A model generated the notes under the pieces. That model worked only from the letters and a program-made list of their open reading frames with translations. It was not told where the DNA came from and did not search any database. Of a stretch of 64,000 nucleotides of DNA, positions 54,661 to 64,000 are shown one piece after another (the first letter of the stretch is position 1; each line of letters starts with the position of its first letter). This DNA comes from Schizochytrium sp. TIO01. Taxonomy: Eukaryota > Protista > Bigyra: Labyrinthulomycetes. The position numbers and the translations under genes were made by a program. Location of the stretch: contig SMSO01000014.1 in NCBI GenBank assembly GCA_004764695.1, forward strand, positions 4,226,845-4,290,844. The letters run 5' to 3'.

Positions 54661-56508
54661 ATGAAGACGGTGGAGGTCCAAGACGTGGCTGAAAATGCCA
54701 AGTATGACTTTGTGGTGATTGGCGGCGGCAGCGCAGGTGCAACTCTGGCGGCTCGTCTTAGTGAAGACCAATCGGTGAGCGTGCTCCTCGTGGAAGCTGG
54801 AGCTGAAGCAACAGAGTTGAATGCCAAGATCCCTGTCGCTTGCGGCCAATTGCAAAAGGCAGACCGCGATTGGGCGTACTTCACCGAAGAATGTGGTGAA
54901 CATGCTTTCAAGGGTATCGCCGGGAAACGCAGCTTCTGGCCGCGCGGAAGGTGCCTTGGAGGATGCTCCGTGCTCAACTACATGGCTTATGTGCGCGGAG
55001 CAAAGGAGGATTTCGACACCTGGGAACGTATGGGTGCCAAGGGTTGGAGCTACAGTGACGTCCTTCCATACTTCCTCAAGTCTGAAGACTGTCGTGCTCT
55101 CAACAACGACCTTGCACCCATCGAGAACGAATACCATGCCCGAGGCGGGCCACTCACCACCTCGGTCAAGCAACCTTGCGAGTTGGCTCAGCGTTTTATT
55201 CGTGCAGCCACAGAAATTGGGTTCAAGCATGGAGATTACAATGGCCGTCAAATGGATGGTGTCGTAGGACTTTTCGCCCATACGATTCGCGATGGATCTC
55301 GCTGTGATACAGCCACAGCCTTTCTTCAGCCGGCATCCAGTCGCTCAAACCTCACCATTATGACCAACGCTCTTGCAAAGCGTCTTCTAATTAGCGAATC
55401 TGGCGATCGCGTGATTGGCGTTGAAGTCGGCAAGTACTCAAAGAATGGCATTGGCAAGAGCCGCCGCATCCTTGCTGCTCGGGAAGTTGTGGTGAGCTGC
55501 GGTGCCGTCGACTCGCCTAAGCTGTTGTTGCTCTCTGGTCTTGGACCTCGCGAGCATCTTGAAAGCGTTGGTATCCAGTGTGTCAAAGACATGCCTGAGG
55601 TTGGTCGCAACCTTGAAGACCACATTGCCACTCTCGTATATTTTTCCACCAAAGGTCTGGAGACTATCAATGGTAGACGTGCTGGTAAACTCTCAGCTCT
55701 TGCAGAGTGGGCTCTCTATGGCACTGGTATCCTTTCCACCTCAGCTTATGACGCCACTCTGTTTTTCAAGAGCCCTGAGTGGGCGCGTGAGGAACCCCAG
55801 TGCGGCCCGGATTTGCAAATTGGTATCTTCTGTTCCCCGGCAGACGCCGCTGTGATTGAAAACAACTTCAGCTTCTCCGTCCCCTTCCTCAAGGGCAATT
55901 ACGAACTTGACAGTGAAGGTTTCTACATGGTTCCCACTGCGCTACACCCGCACACCACTGGCACCATCGAATTGCGCAGCAGCAACCCCGCTGACCCTCC
56001 TCGCATCCTCTCCAACTACCTCAAGGACGAGCGTGATGCTTTGGCCCTTGCCCGAGCTTGCCGTAAGTGTGTCGATATTGCACGTGCACCGTCTCTGGCC
56101 AAGGTCATCCCCGCTGATCCAGTTGTTCCTGCTGATATGGCCAAGGCACACAATGGAATCGACAACGACGAGTTCTGGATTGACTACGTGCGTCACTTTG
56201 GTACTACCCTTTACCACCCAGCCTGCAGTTGTGCCATTGGCAAGGTCGTTGACGAACGTCTCCGCGTGTATGGTATGCAAGGTCTTCGTGTGGCCGATGC
56301 CTCGGTAATGCCGCAGGTTATTTCTGGCAACACCAATGCGCCTTCCATCATGATCGGAGAGAAGGCTGCAGATCTCATCAAGGAGGACTATGCCATGCAC
56401 ACTGATGTCCGCACCGTCGGCCCCGTTGAGTCATCCGGTTCTCGCACCTCGCTTGTCTTTACCGCTGCTGCTCTTGCCGGCGGACTTCTGGCCTACAACC
56501 GTTTGTAA
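54661..56508 (+). CDS. GMC oxidoreductase (choline/alcohol dehydrogenase-like) with a hydrophobic C-terminal tail
   Basis: YDFVVIGGGSAG FAD motif, PRGRCLGGCSVLNYMAYVRG, GAVDSPKLLLLSGLG, LYHP, LRVADASVMP...GNTNAPSIMIGEKAAD. Confidence 0.95.
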   Translation: MKTVEVQDVAENAKYDFVVIGGGSAGATLAARLSEDQSVSVLLVEAGAEATELNAKIPVACGQLQKADRDWAYFTEECGEHAFKGIAGKRSFWPRGRCLGGCSVLNYMAYVRGAKEDFDTWERMGAKGWSYSDVLPYFLKSEDCRALNNDLAPIENEYHARGGPLTTSVKQPCELAQRFIRAATEIGFKHGDYNGRQMDGVVGLFAHTIRDGSRCDTATAFLQPASSRSNLTIMTNALAKRLLISESGDRVIGVEVGKYSKNGIGKSRRILAAREVVVSCGAVDSPKLLLLSGLGPREHLESVGIQCVKDMPEVGRNLEDHIATLVYFSTKGLETINGRRAGKLSALAEWALYGTGILSTSAYDATLFFKSPEWAREEPQCGPDLQIGIFCSPADAAVIENNFSFSVPFLKGNYELDSEGFYMVPTALHPHTTGTIELRSSNPADPPRILSNYLKDERDALALARACRKCVDIARAPSLAKVIPADPVVPADMAKAHNGIDNDEFWIDYVRHFGTTLYHPACSCAIGKVVDERLRVYGMQGLRVADASVMPQVISGNTNAPSIMIGEKAADLIKEDYAMHTDVRTVGPVESSGSRTSLVFTAAALAGGLLAYNRL

Positions 56509-57661
56509 TACTGTGCTTCCTCATTAACCCCACCTCCATTTAATTATATGAGTGCCCTCTTTTGTATGCCTTTATCGCATATTTCTTGCGTATCTAAGCA
56601 AGTCTTCTGCTTTTTTCTTTTATCTATCTTCTAAGTTAAACTGCATTTTACTATTATTAATGTAGAACATTATTTCCTGTACGAAGTTACTCAGTTAGAC
56701 TCCCACGCTTGATGAGTATAGCCTGAAGAGCATCAATTCCCCCGAACGCATTTACTAACAATGCGCTTCAGCTGCAATGGATGGGCTCTTGCCCTGGTTT
56801 TAGACAGATATGTATCATTCAACACAAACACTGATTAGATCTATTTCTTGCCTTTCGCCATGTAGTTGGTTCACCCTTTTACATGCGTGCAATTTTTTAA
56901 TATCTAGAACATGCTCCTTGCATTGCATTGCATGAAATTTTCCAGGTGTGCGCGACGCAGTAACCCTTCGAAACTCTTTTGGTGCAAGTACGTGGACCCG
57001 CATGCGCTACTCCGCTGAAACATATTACTCTGATAAGTCCTCTGATAAGTCCTCTGTCAAGCTTCAGATGTTCTTCATGCGCTTACTTCATTCGGAGTAG
57101 CATAGTGTGTCACTCTCTTTTAGTTATCACATTCTGATTTACAAAGTATCGAATGGAAGAGACGGTTTGTTGTTGGCTCATAATTCATTTATTTGCGAGG
57201 AACCTGTATCAAATTTAACATTCTATTAAGAGTTGTAGTTCGCATCAAAGCTCAGACTAAATGATACTTCAAACAAAAGTTTAATGTCTATCTGAAGCAC
57301 AACTTGTAGAGAATCTTACAACTCTGGCATGTGTCCAGCTATATTATAGAGACTGGATATAGCGGTGCTTTTTCTAGACTTTTGAGAACAGCTTCATGAT
57401 TTAAGTAATTGTAAGAAAGCTAAATACTAGTAAAGATCCATCAAGTGCCTCAACTCTTTCGTTTACTTTGTCAATGCCCTATACGATGCAAGGTAATCAA
57501 ATAAATCTAAGAAAAGCCGTAAAAGGGTTTGAAAAAGCAGAATATTTATATAGAATGTGCGAGAGATCGAGCAAGCAAATTGTAGCAATCAATCAAAGTG
57601 ATGGGGAGAAACAACAGAAACGAAAACAATATGGATAGTAAACTTCATCACGCGAGATGAT

Positions 57662-59059
57662 CTACTTTCTGTGCTCTGCGTTATAAGCTGCAATCACCTC
57701 TTGCTGAATGTCTACGGGAAGTCCATCAAAAACCTCCTTGTCATAACCTGGCGGAGCCTGGAGACCACTGGAGGCCTCATCCTTGCTGTCCGCAAGTTTC
57801 TTTTTCGAACCGCCAAGACCAAACCAACTAGAGAGACTGCTGCGCTTTTCCACGGGGGGTTCTGCTGGGGCAGGAGGCTCCTCTGCCGCGAGGCTTGGTT
57901 CGTTTGCACCTGCGGGGGATCCAAAGAGGACAACATCTACCTCGGGAAGACTGTAGTCAACCGCGGTGGCAATAAAGCTGCCGTGAGGAATCTGAAGACG
58001 GTCCCTTGTCGGCACGCCTTCAAAGTAAATTTTCTCGTTGTTTTCACGGTAATTGTCATAGACATCGAGAATCTCGCTCCTGGCAGCCTCAACCTTGGCC
58101 CTCAGCTGTTTTTCCATCGTTGGAGAGTACACTAAAGAGCCGAGAAGGTCCGCAGACATGCTCAAGTAGGCCACAGCCTCACCAGGTTTCTCCTTGGCAA
58201 CTGATGCATCACCGAGATATTTCATAGCAAGAGCGTGAGCTACGGACGAGATAAGTGCAGGTTCTTCGACGATGGGCTCAAGGAGAGTATCTTTACGAGG
58301 CCCAAGTGCCTGGACGCTCTTCACGAGGTTGTGGCTTCGCTCTGAGAGTCCAAGAAGTAATTTGGCAATTGTAGAAGGTGGCGTGCCCTTCATAATGGCC
58401 TGTTGGATAGTTACTCTCTGTGCCATGCATACAAAGTACTCTGCGAGCACTGCCACAACAGCTGCTACGACCTCAGGGGGTCTGTTTTCGGGCGGGTTTA
58501 CCCAACGAGGCAGCATGCCTTGAGCAACGAACTCTAGAATGCCTGCTCCTTTGCGCAGCTCCTTTGCAGCTGCCACCAAATTTGAGGCCCGGTTAATCTG
58601 GTCTGCTCCCAAAAGCAACCTTGCCACGTTATAGTGCGCCATCGCCTGTACTACGAGGACGAAGCAGACTTCGTACACGAGCACATGGCACTTGAAGTCC
58701 TTCTTCTGACGGGATTTCTTTAGGAGCACCGAAGTCCAAGAAAACTCTAAAGGTTTGTTGAGCTTAATTTGGGCAGAAGCGCTGCGTTCCATACCATAAG
58801 TGATCTTGTATACGCTCGGAATGTAGGTTTCCACGGCTGCCACAACGTTGCGAGGGTCCACACGAGCACCTTCATTAGTGATACCGTCGAGAAGGGTATC
58901 GCGCTCCTGAGAAGCCACGTGAAGAAGTTCGCGAGCTTCGTGAGAAAGATCTCCACCAATAATAGCAGCGAAGTCCACGGGCTTAGTGGTTGGTGTCCCG
59001 AACTCTGCGAAGGTCACCAAAAGTTCGCTCACTCCATCGAAGGCATCCTCGGCGTCCAT
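57662..59059 (-). CDS. BRO1-domain protein (BROX-like) with a C-terminal ubiquitin-binding motif
   Basis: LEFSWTS, YEVCFVL, LRKGAGILEF, GEAVAYL and RENNEKIYFEGVP fit BRO1; PPGYDKEVFDGLPVDIQQEVI fits a UBM. Confidence 0.85.
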   Translation of the reverse strand: MDAEDAFDGVSELLVTFAEFGTPTTKPVDFAAIIGGDLSHEARELLHVASQERDTLLDGITNEGARVDPRNVVAAVETYIPSVYKITYGMERSASAQIKLNKPLEFSWTSVLLKKSRQKKDFKCHVLVYEVCFVLVVQAMAHYNVARLLLGADQINRASNLVAAAKELRKGAGILEFVAQGMLPRWVNPPENRPPEVVAAVVAVLAEYFVCMAQRVTIQQAIMKGTPPSTIAKLLLGLSERSHNLVKSVQALGPRKDTLLEPIVEEPALISSVAHALAMKYLGDASVAKEKPGEAVAYLSMSADLLGSLVYSPTMEKQLRAKVEAARSEILDVYDNYRENNEKIYFEGVPTRDRLQIPHGSFIATAVDYSLPEVDVVLFGSPAGANEPSLAAEEPPAPAEPPVEKRSSLSSWFGLGGSKKKLADSKDEASSGLQAPPGYDKEVFDGLPVDIQQEVIAAYNAEHRK

Positions 59060-61804
59060 TATGCCGGCTTGTGTCTTCGGCGCTTCAACTATGGCTGAGA
59101 CCCTGACAACAAGCGACTTGTGAGTACGAATGCCGCCTCGGTGCAGCTAAACGTTGCTGCGGAGCGACCGTAGGAGGTTGGAAATATGGTTATGGTTTTG
59201 GCCTGAGCCAGCAGGTATGCGCTTGCGTGAGTTGGCAAATCTCACTAAACTTTATCACACGATCTCCCATTTACTTATAATAATAACACCTTGGTACCTC
59301 TAGAGTGAAGAATAGAAGCTACTAAAAAATAAATCCACTAAAATAGAATCAAATCAATTCGTGCAGAACTCCGTAGACTCATCACACGCCTCAGCAGAGC
59401 CGATGATGGAGACCCCTCTCATCATCGGAGGACCTCCACGATAAGAAACCCAAAGAGAAAGCCTCGGACCTTCTCCTTCACCCACGTTTTCTTTCCTCTG
59501 AGGCTTCAAAGTGCAATAGATTTGTACGAAACAAAAGCATCTCCTACCTCTGTGTATACATACATACATAATACATACGTACATACTACAGGTACCTACC
59601 TACCTACTAAGAACTCCTCCCTCGCACGCTGGACTTTCATCAGTGCTGACGAAGACGCTTTCAAGTTCTTCGAAAAGACGTCCTGGCCAATGCACGACAC
59701 CTTGCGTCTGCTAATCTGGCCTTCCTCGACGAAGACCACGCGAATTGTTTTTGCGAACTCAGTGAGCAGCAGGCAGTTTTGCTGGGATCGAGAACTGGAA
59801 TCCGAGACTTTAAGTTGTTGCTAGTTTTTAGTTTTTAGTTTTTAAAGATGTTTTTAATGTCGAATCAGCGGAGCAAAAGCTTTTGCAGATCAGGCGAAAA
59901 GACACACTGGTCTCCAGTTTTCACATCGGACTTCAGCGTAGAATAAAAAAGAACTCGCGGATGTTCACATAAACGATATCCTCGAGTCAACATCTGCTCT
60001 GTCCAACACCTGTGCCTCCCACCAAATCCTTTTGCAGCGATTCGCTGATCCCTCGTAAAGGCAGTCTCCACATTGGAACATTACATTAGAAATAGGTAAA
60101 TTAGTACGTTTTCCTGTAGATAATAGTTAAATTTGCCATCTAGAGGTGTGTACGTTGGGAACCCGTAAGGAGTTGTTTCTTTTGTTTCCTCAGGAGGATT
60201 CTTAGTCTTCCTACTACATCTTTTAGGTTTTTAAAATAAATTAAAATATCAACACTACTTGAGTGGTCACGATACTAATTTACGAAAGAACAAAGCATAC
60301 TTTTTATCATGAAAAGGCTTCATCTTCAAACAGGCGTATCTACAAAGCTGTTTCGTTTATGAACTAATTAGGTTTGCTTTGTTGTTTACCTCTGTTGACT
60401 TGCCACAGCCTGGAATCATTTAATTGTATTAAAAAAAAAAAAAATAGAAAAAAAGAATCGTGATAAATAAAAACTTACTTTCATCTACTGAGGGATTTTT
60501 TTAGTAACCTGCGCTCCGATTGTGCAATTTCTCTGCACTCGTAAAGGCCAGAATGGGTCTACGTTCCGCTTGCCACACTGTACCTTCTTGCGTCACCATG
60601 CCTCTGAAGCTGCTAACGGCACTGCGATCACGAGGGTGCTTCTGGATTTAATTCCCCAGAGGCCTCTCTTGCGCAAAGAAACGAAGAAGACGGCGCGGTA
60701 AAAGGTAGTATCCATAGGCTAGTACCACATACATTTATCCATAGGAGTGGTGCAGAGTGCGAATGAACCATTTCCTACTTCTCGTGCATCTTCAGAAGTA
60801 GGTACTTAGGCCTGCTCAAAACGCCAATGGTTGATCCTGATGCGAAGCTGAAAACTGATCAACAAAATAATCTGAAGGGCTACAGTAAGTCCTGGAGAAG
60901 TACGCAGTCCCCTCCGACGGCCCGAGAGACGGGGTATGTCTTTGACAGGGAATTACGCAGGTTTCCCTTGAAAATTCACAAATTCTGGCAAAACCCTGCT
61001 CCCCTTCGGTTTTCTAAACGTGCATCGACGTCTTCAAAGTTGATCGAAGATGTAAATTATAGATACATCATACACTATCCAAAATATTAGCTCTACTTGC
61101 CACGATCGTAAACGGTTGCCAGATCTCGAGATCGAAACGGGAAGTAAACAAATCGTAACAGTTGAAATGAAAAGTATGATTCGACCTGAAGATGATCACC
61201 AACAATGAAGTTTCGTGGCTTTCTGACACCGCATACCAGTTCTTGCGGATATTGCGCGCTCTAGGTTGTGCGAAATACCTCGGAATGAGAGAATATAGAT
61301 ACTGGGTACTGAGGAACCTTGTGTGGTTTAGACTTGAAAAGTTATCATGCACATGATCTGAAAAAAGAAAGAAATCCAAAACTCGTAAAAACCTTTTTCT
61401 TTCTTCGAATCATCTACTACTATATCATATTATACAGGCCTATATATATTTTTAATTTTTAATTAATATTAAATTTAAAACTTCAATATAAAAATAACTT
61501 TTAAAAAATATATATATTAGAAAATGTTTGTCTACATTTCTTACCTAAAGTACTACTATATTTTGCCTATACGGCTACTACCTAGTGAGAAAAGTAAAAT
61601 AAGAGGAATCATTATATTTTATTTCGTTCAATCGTTTGAAGTTCATTCAATTCATTTTCTGTGCCGCAAAGCTTGAACTGCGCTGTGTCCGTGAGCGGCG
61701 GCGCGTCTTCTGCGCGTCGCTCGCTTTTAGTCTCGGCGCGAGCAGGATCTGTGACCGCTCCCGCACGTTCAGCGTGCCTGTTGCGGCGATCTCGGCGGAA
61801 GATT

Positions 61805-64000
61805 ATGTTACACAGGCGCCAACGTAGACACTCCGAGGACGAAGTAGCCATGACTTCCCGACAGAACTCTCTTCGCAATATACTCAATAGCAGCGGCAAC
61901 AGCAACAACAATGCTGGGAGCGCCATGACATTGTCCAGGGAAACCAAGTCTCTGCGCAGAGATACCACAGAGGCCTTCAGAACGCTCACGGGCCCGGATC
62001 AGATCTTCAGCCGCCTCAAGGCATCCAAAAGATCGTCACTGCGAAGTCCTCTCTCACCCTCTGCATCGAATTCTGCAACAGAGAACTTCGAAAGTATCGA
62101 GTCTGGAGCCATGAACTCTGCAAATGCTGCAAACCTCACAAAATCAAGGCCAAGTGACATCCAGTCGCAGTTGAGTAGTTATGTGAACGCAGGCAAACAA
62201 CAGAGCATGGTCATGAACGGTAGCCATGACTCAGGGTCGGCATACGAAAATAGCAATGCGGATGTAAGCCGAAACTCATCTACCAGCCACGCAAAGCTTA
62301 AGAAAAGATTTCATCTTACGAAAGGGTTCAAGAAAAATATCATGCGCCAAAGGCCCCATGTCAATGAAGAAGCCGCCTCCGGAACTACCAGTCCTGTACA
62401 TATGAACCAGCTCGCGTCGAGATCTGTGCCGGAAGATGAGTCTCGCGAAGGAAGCCCTCGAGGTTTACAACCCCCAGGAGTTGCGTCGGTGGGTTCGAGG
62501 GAGTACAAAACCGGATTTGGAGCTAAAGACTCAGCTTCATCAATGGGAGAGAGCAACGGTGGAAGTCTTGGAGCTGCTTCGAAGAGAAAGAAACCCAGCA
62601 ATATGCAGCGATTGAGAGACAAAATGATGGCTCGGGGCAAGCAACGTGGAGTTCTTGGTGCAAATGCATTACGACGGCATTCCAGACTGAGTAGTCTTAC
62701 AAAGCACGGACACGAGGAAGATGACGATGAGGAGGAGGATGACGACCATCACGATGACGATGACAGTGACGAAGTCACGCAGATTGGTGCGTCAGAAGAA
62801 GAGCTAGATGATGATGAAGATACAGGGGATGCTCAGGAGAACCATTCAGATATTGAAACTTATGGCAGGGCTCGTCAGGGATCTCCAGGAAACAGAACCG
62901 CATTTTCGAACGGTAGTGCTACTATTGGCTTCAACACCAATAAAACTACAAACAACAGCAGGTTTGCAAGACAAGACCCCACCACTTCAACCTCTGATAA
63001 ATATTGTACAGAAGACGAATCTAGTGAATACAGCAAAAACATGCTCGGATCTGACTTAGACGCACTTGGACAGGTCTCCTCACAATCAAATGGCCGCCAA
63101 GCAAATTCTAACTTACCACCAGTTATGCGTTCACCGAACACTGCCAAATCACCCTCGCCAGATGGAGCTGCACGTCGCTCGCGGCGCTCCTCAATGGGCC
63201 CGATTCAGGGAGGGATACCTTTGGATTCCTTACCTAACATGCCGGCTACCGCTGGCGATCCTCGTCTAGAAGATGATATAGCCAGCGACGATGGCATGAG
63301 CTCCAGCACTCGTGGGGGGGTGTTTAGGGATCAACTTGATGAACACAGTCCAGGGCGTCTAGACGAGCCTCGATCATTTGCTTCTGGATCGTCGCACTCA
63401 AGTCGTGCACAAATGCGACATGAACTAGCAGATATGCTCAAGAAGTGGAATATCCCGCGGGAACAATGGCGCCTACCCACAGCCGACATCTCACCTGGAA
63501 GTGTTGATGAATTTGGCGGAGATAGTGATGCCGTTGCAGATCCCCGGCGAAACGAGTACCGCATTCGCAAGTTACAAGAGGAAAATGAAAGGTATAAGTC
63601 GCTTATTGCAAAGCGCAAGGTTGAACTCGATCGTGTTCATTCTTCCACCAAAACTAAGGTGAATGAACTGAAGGACATGATACGAAATTTGGAACGAAAA
63701 CTGGCATTTTATGATGCTAACGTTAACGAGAAACATGCCCAGATTAACGAACATTTCACACGCTTCAAGTCTGAAATGACTAACGATATCCGGGAAAAGG
63801 TTCGCAAGCAGTTGGAGTCACGAGAAGAAGATTATTATAATCTGATTGAACGGGTACAGCGCAGCATGACAATAATCTCTGATCATAATTCCGAGGGAAA
63901 TGGAATTATTCATGCGGTCATGCATCGGAGCATTGCACTGGTCATTTCCGGCGCAGGGACAATTGCGCATATCATTTCTATGCTTGTAGGAATGTTACTG
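61805..64000 (+). CDS. Large disordered + coiled-coil + hydrophobic (TM) protein, runs off the window end
   Basis: Frame from ATG 61805 (second ATG 61850) reads MLHRRQRRHSEDEVAMTSRQ..., S/D/E-rich, then coiled coil, ending ...SIALVISGAGTIAHIISMLVGMLL in the same frame. Both ends were translated by hand; the middle was not checked codon by codon. Confidence 0.75.
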   Translation, partial: MLHRRQRRHSEDEVAMTSRQNSLRNILNSSGNSNNNAGSAMTLSRETKSLRRDTTEAFRTLTGPDQIFSRLKASKRSSLRSPLSPSASNSATENFESIESGAMNSANAANLTKSRPSDIQSQLSSYVNAGKQQSMVMNGSHDSGSAYENSNADVSRNSSTSHAKLKKRFHLTKGFKKNIMRQRPHVNEEAASGTTSPVHMNQLASRSVPEDESREGSPRGLQPPGVASVGSREYKTGFGAKDSASSMGESNGGSLGAASKRKKPSNMQRLRDKMMARGKQRGVLGANALRRHSRLSSLTKHGHEEDDDEEEDDDHHDDDDSDEVTQIGASEEELDDDEDTGDAQENHSDIETYGRARQGSPGNRTAFSNGSATIGFNTNKTTNNSRFARQDPTTSTSDKYCTEDESSEYSKNMLGSDLDALGQVSSQSNGRQANSNLPPVMRSPNTAKSPSPDGAARRSRRSSMGPIQGGIPLDSLPNMPATAGDPRLEDDIASDDGMSSSTRGGVFRDQLDEHSPGRLDEPRSFASGSSHSSRAQMRHELADMLKKWNIPREQWRLPTADISPGSVDEFGGDSDAVADPRRNEYRIRKLQEENERYKSLIAKRKVELDRVHSSTKTKVNELKDMIRNLERKLAFYDANVNEKHAQINEHFTRFKSEMTNDIREKVRKQLESREEDYYNLIERVQRSMTIISDHNSEGNGIIHAVMHRSIALVISGAGTIAHIISMLVGMLL

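Noticed and set aside
54341-55281. Poly-Leu, poly-Cys and poly-Ala ORFs on the minus strand
   Set aside because: Products of the CAG/CAA microsatellite plus the antisense shadow of the GMC gene.
59300-61400. Short ORFs between the BRO1 gene and the last gene
   Set aside because: No motifs or coding-like bias; probably UTR, intron or intergenic DNA.

Overview
This is eukaryotic genomic DNA. The intron-poor genes, microsatellite-rich spacers and stramenopile-type TIR and PT-linker proteins suggest a thraustochytrid/labyrinthulomycete-like protist (inference only). About 1-24 kb and 54-64 kb hold host genes: tandem SAM methyltransferases, a TMTC-type O-mannosyltransferase, Trm11, a GMC oxidoreductase, a BRO1 protein, two transposase-derived genes (piggyBac-like with a degenerate YqaJ-like insert; Harbinger DDE) and an ankyrin-SAM-TIR protein with a SARM1-like layout. 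Between them, ~30 kb has no recognisable housekeeping gene. Its core (~29.9-48.9 kb) is an AT-richer, densely packed, partly pseudogenised block that looks like an endogenised large DNA virus fragment (mirusvirus- or NCLDV-like). It carries an A22/RuvC-type Holliday junction resolvase, a divergent TBP-like gene, a degenerate nucleotide-sugar dehydrogenase, a triple RCC1-propeller membrane protein, an REase+kinase fusion and a 1249-aa orphan. Three copies of one ~420-bp copia-type LTR family surround it (one with a half-tRNA-iMet PBS, one solo LTR with a 5-bp TSD), followed by a satellite-rich tract. All family calls are by-eye motif recognition; no searches were run.
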